The position numbers and the translations under genes are program-made. A stretch of 64,000 bases of DNA. Source: Tubulanus polymorphus. Lineage: Eukaryota; Animalia; Nemertea. The notes below the pieces were generated by a model. The model searched no databases. It had not been told where the DNA came from and saw only the letters and a list, made by a program, of their open reading frames with translations. Positions 26,041 through 38,720 of the stretch are shown here, in pieces (the stretch's first letter is position 1; each line of letters opens with the position of its first letter). The stretch is from NCBI RefSeq assembly GCF_964204645.1, contig NC_134030.1, forward strand, positions 19,118,210 to 19,182,209, in the 5' to 3' direction.

Positions 26041-28134
26041 CAGTAGCGTCCTTTTCGATTATTCGACAAACCATCGTCAGTTTATAGCTTAATTAAACTA
26101 TTCTCTATCGCTATTCAAAAACCTTTCATGTCTCTCGCCCTCTCCCATTACATTTTCTAAAAAATCTCAATTTTTTGGCTAACAAATAATGCGTGCATCA
26201 TTTTCGCCGTAACCGATCGCTCGGAGCGCACACCGATAAAAAAGATTAAGTATCGTATACCGAAAGTTGTCTTTTCTCTGAAGCGAAGATTAAATATTTA
26301 CCATTTATCAAAAACGTGAGCGCAGCGACGAAATCTGACACGCGAAAATACATCGCTTTTTGATATTCCGTATCGAGAATGTTTAGATCCACCTGTCCTC
26401 CTAATGCGTAGTCAAGTCCGTCATAATTTCAAGGTAACATTCGATAAAGTCGTCACTTTTTACAGATACATCGATTAGAATACGCGATAAAATCCTTTAT
26501 AATTTCGGAGCGTTTTTCCCTTTTTTTCGAAGATGTATTCGGAGCGTTCCGAATTGTGCGCGAGGCTTCGTTGAAATGTAGCTTCGTACGCGCGCGGGCG
26601 CGAGAGAGAGAGAGCGTTCATCGAAATACACCTGTAACCCCTAAACCGACTGTATCGAATATAAAACGTTTTAAACGCCGCAGCCGCACGAAATAACAAA
26701 CTCATCGAAACTAGCCATGCGTTAAACCCTCAAATGGCACGGTGAACACAAAGCCACGCGTGGGGCCATGTAGCACGCACCCGGCTCAGATAGGATGACA
26801 ATAAGGCTATAGAAATTGTTAACTTCGTTTGATAAAAACGACCTGGCGTAATTCATCTTACACATATTGAAATATAAACGAGTTTCTTTTCTGCGTCTAT
26901 TACAATGGAATACTTTGTAGATGATGGCAGTTTGATGATAGCTAGAGTTTCTGTGCGCGTTTGAGTGGAGATGATTCGGAGTGTGCTGGATTTAGACTCA
27001 GAAACCCTGGAGCCAGTTGCGTAGACAGGGGTTTAAGGCCGGTGTGATAAATAGAATCAGATTATCGCGACCCCATGTCGGATGCCCGGCAAATGCTTAC
27101 CCTACCTAGCCCACACCCTTAATCCTGAGATCTATTGCAAGAGGGACATGAATAAAAAGATGCATTTCATTCTATGAGACTGGTCTATGACTCTATATAG
27201 CCATCTTTAAACTTAAGGCCACTATCGAATTTTGAGACAAACTCTGGACTCTAGTCACGACTTTACAGCTGGTTTGGATCCACCTAGGATAATTTAAGTT
27301 AAAACTGGAATTTATTCAATTAGGAAATCCATCTTTCTGTGAGAATAGACGCTCTATGCGTTGTAGGTAATTACTAGAATGTTATATAAAGTTCAAAATG
27401 ATCTCTCGAACTGTTCGAATTAAATGGAGTCTGTATTCCGCTGCGGTTGCGAGTTTTAATTTTGCTCTTGAGAAAAAAGGGTCGCGCCTTGGAGATAATC
27501 GAACTCAGCTCCCTTCGAAATAGGAATTTCAGTGTTTTGTTTTTTAGAGCATAGACAGTCACTAGAATCATGTTCTTACTTGCAAGATTGACGCGAATTC
27601 GAAATGCGATTTTTAGTGCTTTTCGAGAATATTTAACCGTCAAAGTCACATTCTCATTTACGAAACCTAGCTGAACCCTGGGAATGCACAGTGTTTAGAT
27701 ACCATGGTTACACTGCAAATAGTATGAAACATTTTCAAAAGAGTATCACTATAGTCCCAATAAGTCATTATCATTCCTTTGGTAGCAACCTCGGACATAG
27801 TGACCACGGATGACCACGCTATGTCCGAGTCAATCTATTCAATCCTTGTATACATCAGCTTCACAATATATCAAATCATAATCTGAGCTTTTCATCCACA
27901 GAAGAAAACCGGTATTTTGTCTCCAACCAAAACGCGTCTACAATAGGCCGGTTTCGTCGACATTGTTGAATTTCCTCAAATCCATCTTAAAAGTTAAGTT
28001 CTATGAAACAAGACCAAATTAGATAAAATGCAGAACGGATGGTATATCGTAATAAACGTCCCAATGTGAAGCCGTCGAGCTATTACCGAAAAGCCGGTGT
28101 CATAACATCTGCAACCTAGCATACGCCATATGAG

Positions 28135-28358
28135 CTATGTAAAGTCTGCGCTGATAAAATATCTAATATCTGGTGTTTGTAGTTCATTTTCAATAAAAAA
28201 TGCCTCAGGTGAAGCACTGAACACATGTGAAGTGTGGGAGATCAGTTTTTTTTTACAGTAAGCTGATAAAATGTCCAATGTCTGGTGTTTGTAGTTCATT
28301 TTTAATTGAAATGTCTCAGGTAAAGTTCCGAACACATGTGAAGTGTGGTCGATCAGTG
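28135..28358. repeat. 109-bp satellite, 2 copies
   Basis: Same unit. Confidence 0.85.
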
Positions 28359-28879
28359 ACTATAGTATCTGAATTTTAGGTCGATGACATTTGAAATCAC
28401 AGAAACACCGCAAGCGCGTATACTTATATAGCAAGCTGATGCATCTGTTTCAAAATCTATATGTAGAACTCCTTATCGTGAATGCTTCGTTGACTTTGCA
28501 AAAGCATTTTACATGCGCTAATTTTTTCTTTCTGTTAGTAAAAACGCTCGTCACCGCGGGGAACGCGAGCACGCGCGTGTTTGTCATTCTTTAGCGTGAT
28601 GGTAAAGGGAATAATTTATCTTAACTATGTATGCAGTGAATATCTTTGAGGCGGTGGTCAGTTGATATTCGCGTGTCTTTAGCCGGGGTTATCGGTGGAC
28701 AAGTGATCGGTGTACACTGATATGCGGAAATGACCGCGGGAATTTCGCGCCGCGGAATCTGCAAGTCAAAACAGCTCTCGAGTCATTGACTCAGTGCTGA
28801 ACGGATGCGGAAATGCTTAGGGTAATTCTGAGCTATGATTAACAAAAGGAGACGCGGAGCGTGAAGAAAAGTGTGAGAG

Positions 28880-29131
<252 letters not shown>

Positions 29132-29669
29132 AAAGTGCAGCTGGAGAGACATGAGGGGGAGAACGGTGTAGTGGGAAAGGTAGACACAATGAGAGGGAAG
29201 AAGGAGGGGCAGATAGGGTGTTCAATGTTGACGAGGGAGGGACGGAAGAGCGGGAGCGGACCAGGAGTTGGAGAGCGGGTGGGTGACGGGGCATACAAAC
29301 ACTGGAGATGTATCGCGTCCAATTTTTTCGGTGGAATTCTCGAGTAAACACAGTCAGCAGCAGCGGGCGGCGTCGGATTGCGGTTACGTAGCGCGCACGC
29401 GGTGATGGTGCTCGTGGTATATTTGAACTATCGTTCACGGATCAGCGATTCGAACACGGTATCTAATGCCTGCCAGATTCGCTAACTTCAATGACGATAC
29501 TTGAAATCAGTAATGCGCCGCTGAATCCAGATTGCTATGAATCAAATATTGCCACATGTTTACCGTGAAACCATGCGTTAAACGTAACATTTAGCGAGCT
29601 TTAATTAATGTAGGTCATCATGCGATATACATCTTGCCCCAGTTCTTACGAGCCAGCTGAATTCAGCTA

Positions 29670-29900
29670 CACAGTATGTGGGACTGGATCCAGCGAAACA
29701 TCTAACCCACACAACAGTGCAACTGGGTTCAGGTTTAAGTAAAACCTATACAACTATACCAACTGTGAAACTGGGTTCAGAGTTAAACCAACACAACTGT
29801 GGAACTGAGTTCAGAATCATATTTAAACCCACACAGCTGTTGAACTAGATACAGAGTCTGATTAAACCCACACAACCTGTGCAACTTGTTATACAGTCAA
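29670..29900. repeat. ~38-bp satellite cluster
   Basis: Recurring aacccacacaactgtggaactgg. Confidence 0.8.
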
Positions 29901-30590
29901 GTCGATATTTTTTCACAAAACTGCCTTTTTCTGAATGGCGCGCTTGAAAATATCTATAAAATAACTATAAACCATGTTAATAGTGTATTCGTGAAAGCCG
30001 CAAGAATGTAGTTGCCCACGCGTGCCTCGGTAAAACTGCATCCCGGCACGAGCCACGCGCACAGGCCACTGTTGTTATAAAAAAACCGCTCGCTATAGTC
30101 GAGATCCGAGCGCATCGGCAGGTGCACGAGATTTGCATTGTCGCCGATCAATAGCGACACGTGACCGCGCGACATTTTTTACAACGCGTGACGTCACGCT
30201 GTTCGTATAGGTCTAAAGCTCGTGGGAAAAGTGATGGATTGAGGGATTTGTTTTTTAACGTTTTTTGTTTTTCATTTTTATGGATTTATTACTAATATCA
30301 TTGTAATAATCATTACCATCATTATTATTGGAGTATATGCTCCAAAGCACTTACACTATCAAGACATGACAGTTACATTATAAGTAAAACAAATCTATTA
30401 ACTCGTCCATTTCTTAATCATATTTAATCTCGCTATCTTCCAAGATTGGCTGAACCGTGCAACTGTTTATTCATCTCAGCTCATTCCTAGTTTAAAGCCT
30501 GTGGAAACTTAATTTGCAACGGAGTAGACCCTATCAGCTTCCTTGTATAGACCCTACGCACGTTTAAGTTACAACTTCAATTATCTTCAG

Positions 30591-30728
30591 GGGCCGGTTG
30601 CATAGTCATGGCTTAGACTTAAGACCAGTCTAAGACCAACTTAATTCGATAGCCAATCTAATGACTTAAGACCAGTCTTAAGATTTAAGACCCTCTTTGG
30701 ACTTAAGTCACGACTGTGCAACTGGCCC
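30591..30728. mobile_element. MITE family A (PIF/Harbinger-like, CAG target duplication)
   Basis: TIRs gggccggttgcatagtc / gactgtgcaactggccc. CAG at 30588-30590 and 30729-30731. Confidence 0.88.
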
Positions 30729-30731
30729 CAG

Positions 30732-30839
30732 GATCCAGTCCCACAGTTGTGAGTTAGAGTTAACTCTGAGTTAAAATTAGTTCATTTTCAATGAGTTTAC
30801 TCCGAGTCAAATCATAACTCACAACTGTGGAACTGGGTC
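30732..30839. mobile_element. MITE family B
   Basis: TIRs gatccagtcccacagttgtgagtt / aactcacaactgtggaactgggtc. CAG on both sides. Confidence 0.88.
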
Positions 30840-31439
30840 CAGGTGTTTAAGGTGTGTGTAAGGTAATGTTTCATCTAAAGAAATGTTTAAAAATCCTTCC
30901 AAGGAACGAGTTGATGTAGGGTTGGTTTAGACAGTTTCTCCCTCGCGAGGAAAGGTCGTGTTTTGGTCGATCGAGGTAAAACAAACCGGTAGGATTACTA
31001 CGCACAACAATTGTTTCATAGACCTGTTGTGAGGAATAAGCCTGCCGATCTGAAATACCAATCTATCTACATCCATGCAGTCTTATCCTGACCTATCGAT
31101 ATCTAAACAGCCTGTTATTCCGTTATGTGTGTCCTGCGACAAGTTCTGAAACTCCCTCCGCTATATAGCGAACTGGAAATGGTCGTTTGAACTGTAGGAG
31201 ATCCCTACTATAACATCGAAGAACTGGCATTCACGCCGAGTTGACAAATCTTTATCCGAACTGCCTGCCGACTTAAATGCCTTTCATCTCGTCCAGCCAG
31301 GCTCCAACCTATCAAAAGAATAAGCCTTCCTTGCTGAGATTTGAATTACCCTCCAACAACACCAGCACACCTATAGAGCCATGAACCGGCACCAGCCGTC
31401 GACCTACACAGAACCAGCCTGCTAATTTCAAATACCCTG

Positions 31440-31541
31440 GGCCCAGTTCCACAGTTGTTAAGATTTGACTCGGAATTAATCATTGAAAATGAACTAATTT
31501 TAACTCAGAGTAAACTCTAACCCACGACTGTGGAACTGGTC
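31440..31541. mobile_element. MITE family B, reverse orientation
   Basis: Reverse complement of 30732-30839, flanked by CTG on both sides. Confidence 0.85.
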
Positions 31542-32369
31542 CTGCAACAATTACAAAACTCGATGAAGCCCGCCAACAGCGAATAACTAACTAACTGCGA
31601 CTGAACTGACTGTTCCGTGTAGACACATCGTAGATACATTCAGCGAAAGCTGATAATGCTGAGTCGGATCCAGGGAATGCGCTCGCAATCTATTCAACTG
31701 CTACGTGTGAAATCTCCTTCCTTGGTCTATGTACTTATATGCGTATATGTTTAATCCATGATAGCAAAAGAGATTTTCCCTTCGAGTTTTTTTTTTAGGT
31801 AATAGCGAATCGAATATCGCGATCAGTTTTCCATAGAGTTTTTCAGAAGAAAAGAAAAACCGTATTCTAATTTCTAGCTCGTCCAATCTAGCGACTCAAA
31901 TCTCGTGCCGTATCGTTTCATCGTGGTTTTTCTCGTTTTGATTCGAAGCGATGGGTCAGATTGCTGGTCGTTTAATAGTCGAAACCGATATTATGTATAA
32001 ACGCGAGTGGTCTCGTGTTATTCATAGCTGGATGATCGAGTTCCATCGCGTTCGGTTAATAATTCATACTTACATATATCGTAATACGAGAAAAAGAAAT
32101 ATTACGTAACGTTCGCTTTCAAAGGCAAAAACCGCCGTTCTTGCGTAAGTCGTATTATCTTGAACAAAAATGGCCGCCGAGATCGGTTGGTCTAATGTAT
32201 TCCGTTATAAAACTCGATCGGCCAGACAGGTATTGTTCTTTGGACATATTTGAGTTATTTTCAAACGAACTGTCTGACATTCAACATTGATGCGTTGTGG
32301 CGTCTAGACAATAATTTTTAGAAGTGTATATACATAAATAAGTCTGTAATATCTGGAATGTATCTGTAT

Positions 32370-32585
32370 AGAAGATCGAAGTCCTGAATAAATGCGGAAT
32401 GGAGATAATCTGTTTTTGAAAGTTTGCTGAAAAAATGTCTAATGCCTGGCGTGTGCCTATCGGTCATTTTTGAATAACGAACTTGCAGGTGTAGTTCTGA
32501 ACACACGTGAAGTGTGGACGATAAGTTTTTGAAAGATTGCTGATTAAATATCTCTAATGTCTGGTGTTTGTAGTTTCTTATCTTT
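32370..32585. repeat. 109-bp satellite, degenerate copies
   Basis: gtgaagtgtggacgata..tttttgaaag..aatgtctggtgtttgtag. Confidence 0.75.
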
Positions 32586-33279
32586 TCAATTTTTGTCGAT
32601 GAAATACCGATTGTTTGTGGAGGTGCGGGATTCAAGCAGCTAGCTCATAATATCTGTATTAGGCCTACCAGTTACTGAACCATGGTTTCTGGGATATTGT
32701 CCATTGACTTTATAGCCACGCATGAATCAGTTCTATGGGAGCTGTATGTGTCGGATCAGTAACACATAGCGAAAAGATAATACTTAAAAGATTAACCAGT
32801 TCTATTTAAGACGCTAGCTTTCGCTACTAATGTTTAGTAGCTTCATCGAGGATCCTTAATTTGTTTTCGTCCTGTTATTCAGCGGCTTATATATAGTTCT
32901 CGAGTCGTTTCAATTCGGTCGCTGCGTTGACTGATGCTCGTTACGCCGAACGTCGCTCCATTCCTTCGCAACTACGTCTCGGGACAATTACATAAAACCT
33001 GCCGCTAAAAGCCGCTTAACAAACAGTCTTACTGCGGCGACTCGGTATCATAGACCGCCGTAACACAATCAACCCGAATCGGCTCAGTTATAAATTACTG
33101 TAAAGTGCTCGGTAATCAAGTTATAAGAGGGGTTTTTCTGTGTGAAGGAAGTGTCTTAAAGTGGCTGTCATTAAACCCACTCAGTATCACTACTGGGGTT
33201 CTCTCTCTCCTCGCTCTCGCTCGCCGCTGCTGGAGCTGAATGAAGAATGTTCACTTATTCACGGCGACTTCACGAACGT

Positions 33280-33740
33280 AACCCGACGACATCGCGGGAC
33301 TCGAACCGTGCATGGTAGTCGCGTCGTCCCTTCACGTGGATTCGATGCTGCATCGTGAGATTCTGCCACTTTCCCTCTAGCAGGCTTTTAAACCTGATGG
33401 CATTTGAAACTCTGCCGCACATTCTCTTCACTAGCAAAGTATCGTACCTGATGACATCCCGAGATTCTGCCACGTTCATCCTTGTTTGCAGGAATTTGAA
33501 CCTGATGGCATCGCGAGACTCTGCGGGACTTGATGCCGTATTGAGACTCTGCCAAATACCACCCTAGCTGGGATTTGATTTTGATGGCATCGTGAGACTC
33601 TATGCACATTCCTCCCTCGCAGGGATTTGAATGTGATGGCATCGCGAGACTCTTCGCAGGGATTTGAACCTGATGGTATCGGTAGACTCTGCCACGTTCC
33701 TCCCTCACAGTTATCTAAACCTGATGACATCGCGAGTCCA
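33280..33740 (-). repeat. ~50-bp degenerate tandem repeat containing a Pol III B-box-like motif
   Basis: Unit gcagggatttgaacctgatggcatcgcgagactctgccacgttcctccctc. Reverse copies at 42310-42470 include ggttcgaatccc. Confidence 0.75.
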
Positions 33741-34299
33741 TGTAACGTTGTTTGCTCAAAAGCAAATCGTTGTTCAAACACTCGTTCAAAAGATAGATAA
33801 TCCATAATTTGTGAGTGCGTCATTTTTTACGGTGTCAGTCCGAAAGATTTTCTAGTTCAGTCCCGTTTGGACGTTCCCATCTGTCATATCGATAAAAGTC
33901 GGATTCCGATGGTTTTGATAATTTAACAGCCTTGGAATCTGATTCAAAACGGATTCGAATCAATCGTATTTAATCGGCGTTTCTGCGCGGTTCTCGACAT
34001 GTGTTTATTTTCGATTATTTGGGATAATTCCGGTGGAAACCGCGCGACGGAAAAACTCTGCGCGGCGCCGAATGCGGCAGATATTCGTCGATAACGGATC
34101 GATGAGGTGGGCTTGGGAACGAACAGACCCTGGTAAGTGTGTGTGTACCTTGACTCAGAATACGGCGCGATGTCTTGATGATGGTTCGAGTTTCGTCGGT
34201 ACTCGGAATGTCTCAGAGCCGCAAGAAAATCACTCATAGCGAACGTATTTAAGCATACAATGGGCTTTCCGTTTTTCATCCTCGAAAATCAAGAATTCC

Positions 34300-34810
34300 G
34301 CTTGTGACAAGCGAGGAACTATATGTGTCGCTAGTGTGCAGTAGGACTTCAACAACTGCAGTTATAGACGATTCCACTGACGGCAAGAGTAAGGATCCAC
34401 CGAGGGCCGACAGTTACAACTGTAACAATAGATGATTCCACTTGTGGAAATCAAGCATCCACCAGGTGTCGCTAGTTTGGAGTAGGACACGAACTACTGC
34501 GGTAATAGAAGATTCCATTAGTGACGAGGGAGGATCCACCAGGTGTCGCTAGTGTAAAGTAGGACATCAACTAATGTGGCAATAGTCGATTCCTATTGTC
34601 GCAAGTGAGGATCCACAAGGTGTCGCTAGAGTGCAGTAGGACAATAATTACTGTGGCAATAGTCGATACCAGTCCTATTGTGGCAAGTGAGGATTTACTA
34701 CGTACCGCCTGTGCGGTAGGACATCAACTATACTGCGGCCATAGAGGATTCGAACTGTGTCGAGTGAATCTTCACCAGGTGTCGCTAGTGTGCAGTAGGT
34801 TATCCACTTA
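34300..34810 (+). repeat. ~76-bp repeat with CTCF-like motif
   Basis: ccaccaggtgtcgctag at 34459 and 34536, variants near 34613 and 34772. Confidence 0.85.
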
Positions 34811-36644
34811 TAAAGCGTTGTCAAGTACATAGTCAGTTTTACTGATGAACTATGAATCATCAATTAACAAAATATAATTCATAAAATCTAAAATCAAACG
34901 GTGGTGAATGTTGTAATTCTATGAAATTAAGCATCGTCCATCCGCGGCCCCATTCCCGCAGTTCCTACGTCTTTCAATTTACGTTTTCGCCGGTTCAAAT
35001 ATCAGGTCCTTGCCAATGCCGTCACCTGGCAGCGTTTCGAGTCTTCAAAGCAGTAATCGTGTTTCCATCCTTACTCGAACTACTCAACTTCAAACACGCG
35101 CGAAGAAAAACCACTAGCGGAACACTCGTATAATTAATTATTCATCAAGTGCCCGTGACGTCATCGAAGCCGGTGTGTACGGAACGAACGAATACGTAAG
35201 AAAACGTTCTTTAAGAATCGACGCTTATTTTTTCTAGTGAAGCACACTTTCGACACCTCTAGACGGAAAGACCTATTTATTCATATTCATACCGAATTAT
35301 TGTAAGTCCTTTTTCTGAATATTCCTAAAAAACCGGCTTCTAAAATTGAAGTGAAGACTTTTCGATTACTTGAAACCTGCGTGGGTTAAATCGGGCCGGT
35401 ATGCATGCAGGTAGTGAAATCAGATGAAATATACGTCCATGATAAAGGAGATATAATGAGGGATAATGAAGGGACATATTACAGATAATGAAATAAGATA
35501 ATATGAAGGGCCATCACAAAGAAAAAGGCAATAAACACAGGGCCATGATACAGAAATTAAGATGAAATGAAATAGGGAACATAACATATAGGAAATAAGC
35601 GAAGTAACATTGGAAATATGGAAGAGTGAAGCGTTTCAGCGGGCTTCTAAATTGTTAAACTGTGATGTGGTTTAAACGGTTTTAACGCGTTTCCCAATAT
35701 GATCGACATGGCACGAACTGCGAAATTCGAATTTGAAATTCAAACGTAACGGTAAACCGTCGAATTCATGGCCGTCGAATCAGATTTTCTAGCTTCAGGT
35801 GTTTCGTGTATCGGATACGTATATCAAACATGAACGTCCGAATACTGGAATGTACTGTCAACAGAAATACGGATCGACATTTTTTCTGCATTAATTCCAA
35901 ACATGGAAAGATAGTTCGAATCGTGATTGTATCACGCCATAACACAATGGAAATGACTAATTTGTTAATTGTCTACTGGAAACTGAACCACCAACAGTGC
36001 CTCATCGTCGATTTGCTTGTATATTTGCAGTAATAACTCGGTAGAGTTATACACACGTATATAAAAGTCGATTTTATCAGCGTTGCGCGTGTTCGTACGA
36101 AATTATCGAAAACCTTTCTCTTAAAAACGACGTGACATCTGCCTTTTGCGACGCAGAGTTCTAAGAGACGCTTAATGTAACGACGAAGTCATTCCCTCGT
36201 CAGACGCGTATATAACAATCTATCAAACATCGAACATTCACCGGGAGACGACGTTTTTGTGTCATTAAACATTTTTCCCGCTTCTGTCGTTAATTGCGTC
36301 TTTCTGCAAAATGGCGACACGCAATTCAAACATTTATACATTTTATTTATCCATTCTATATGCTTAGTCATACTAGCTGCAGCGACGATTAGGTCCCTGG
36401 GAATTGTCAGTTTTATAGCGCGACTTTGCCAAACTCTCTCTCTCTCCCTCTCTTTCAAGTTTTGATGAAAGCGTCGGGCGTTGCAGAGTCGTGATTTCGG
36501 TAGAAAAATGCTGATTTCTGTTTGGAATAGGCGATTGTTTTTTTTATAGTTGATTTGACTTTTAACAGTTTGACTCATTTAAACTTTGCAATTTTCACAT
36601 CGAAAAAAAATTCACGGGGATACTATAAATTGACACTATATTAT

Positions 36645-36890
36645 CAGCAAACTTTCGGAAACTGGTCATCCACACTTCGCATGTGTTCAGTACTTCACGT
36701 GAGACATTTTGATTGAAAATGCACTACATACACCAGATACTAGACATTTTATCAGCGCACTTTCAAAAACTGATCGTCCACACTATACATGTGTTCAGAA
36801 CTTCACCTGAGATATTTTTCATTGAAAATGAACTATAAACACTGAAAATTAGACATTTTATCAGCTCACTTTCAAAAACTGATCGTTTGC
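36645..36890. repeat. 109-bp satellite, reverse orientation
   Basis: Reverse complement of the unit. Confidence 0.85.
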
Positions 36891-37689
36891 AATTTAGGAA
36901 AATGCGTCAAGAAGCGATATTTCAAAACAGGCAAAGATGCATATGATCACGTGTGTTCATCCAAATTGTCCAGTATACCGTTCTAAAAAAGCAGTTTGTT
37001 TATTTGATGAACGTGTAACTTTGCACGTTCTAGTTCAAGGCTCGATCGGATGGTTCAAGCTTTTAGACTAGGTACCAAGTATAAGGTTCAAAACAAGCAA
37101 AGACGTTTAGTAATTACGAGTGTTTATCATGGACTGTTCTAAAAAATGCAGTTTGTTGATTTAATGAACGTCCCTCGATTCTGGCTCATCTCTTAATGAG
37201 CCGCGCTGAGATAGATCGCATTAATTAAATCCTTATCAATGGCTGCCACACGCCACGGCTGCTCTCAAAAACATCATCACAAAACAAAAATTACTACGCG
37301 TCCCGTAACTAGTCGCCATGGCAACTCCAGGCACGCGCCGCCGGTTACCAGGCACGACCGGAAACACGTCAAAACAGATCGATAATTCATTGAACCGTTA
37401 TCGGCCGTTCGATCGACGTTTCGCTGAATCGGTTTCGGTTTTCGTGTTATCGACGCCGAAAATCGACGTGATTACGCGTTCGGTTCCGCGTGATTTCGCG
37501 CGAGATCGCGCGATAATCTCGCCTGACCTTAATCTCGTCGATGTGAGAGAACGAGATCGTTGTCGACGATAAAGCGCGAGATTTATGGCACGTGTGGTCA
37601 GAGGTTGACGCGAATTGAGTAAACTGATTTATATGATATTTCAATTAGCTTCGTACTACGTCAAACAATTAGTAACTACACGCCTGTCA

Positions 37690-37810
37690 AACAGGGGGCG
37701 CCACTTGGACATCTCCATTGTAAATCTAAACAATTATTTTTCTCTCCACATACTATGGAGACACTAGGAGAAAAATAGTAATCACATTATCTTATCTTAT
37801 CTTATCTTAC
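37690..37810 (+). mobile_element. Probable retroposon 3' end with (CTTAT)n tail
   Basis: Ends in ttatcttatcttatcttatcttac. A similar tail follows aataaa at ~50200-50221. Confidence 0.4.
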
Positions 37811-38384
37811 TCTAAACTCTGACTCCAAATATTTTCTTGTCTACATCCAGCAGGGATTCGAACCTGATGGCGCCGAGACCGATACAACACGAATAACCGC
37901 CCGATTAGTCCTAGTACGCAGGTATGTGCGCACTTAGGCGTGATAGCATTATTTGCCAATGAGGAATCTCGTTTTATGTTTAGCCTGGACTATCCTAATC
38001 ATAGCTTCCCGTGACATTTGTCTCGGCAGCAGGCAATCTAATTCAAGGGCCGTTCGAAAGTCTAAAATTTTACCCCCAAAATATAGGACGCACCATACGT
38101 GTAGTTAAAGGGCACCTGAAAAAACTCATAAACTCGGACAAACATTAACTCAATCTTGGAATTACAGAGAAAAAACTTACGAATTTAAATTTTTTCTAGG
38201 CATAAATCAGTTCATTCATATTCATTATACCAAATGATTTCCGGGCTACTTCATATTTTGTTTCTTTTTTGGGGGCGGGGATGGTGCGCACATTCTGGAT
38301 CCACCCCTGTTAGTGCCGCACATTTTCGTTTTCGATACCAGTTGAAACGTAAATCCTTCGGCCGATAGCATACACCCAGTATTT

Positions 38385-38720
38385 ATGTAGTGAGAATCCC
38401 ACAATGATAAGAAAAAGTCCGAAAATGTAACTTCGAGATAGTAGTTTATTCAACGTGTCGACTATATCCTAATAGTCATCTTCAGGAATACTGTATTCCT
38501 TGAGCTAGTGTAGTTTATTTCAACGTTTCAACTATATCCTAATAGTCATCTTCAGGAATACTGTATTCCTTGAGCTAGTGTAGTTTATTCAACGTTTCAA
38601 CTATATCCTAATAGTCATCTTCAGGAATACTGTATTCTTTGAGCTAGTGTAGTTTATTTAACGTTTCGACTTTATCCTAATAGTCATCTTCAGGAATAAG
38701 GTGTGGGATTCTTTCTACAT
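38385..38720 (-). mobile_element. Element with terminal inverted repeats and four tandem 69-70-bp hammerhead-bearing units, family 3
   Basis: Ends atgtagtgagaatcccaca / tgtgggattctttctacat. Units start at 38441, 38510, 38580 and 38649. Confidence 0.75.
38441..38699 (-). ncRNA. Tandem array of four type I hammerhead ribozyme motifs
   Basis: Consensus on - strand: TATTC-CTGAAGA-T-GACTAT(taggat)ATAGTC-GAAA-CG-TT-GAATA, giving 5-bp stem I, 6-bp stem II, palindromic AACGTT stem III and a GUU cleavage triplet. Confidence 0.72.

Noticed and set aside
30900-31430. Possible decayed coding or retroelement sequence
   Set aside because: No ORF or recognisable motif could be read.
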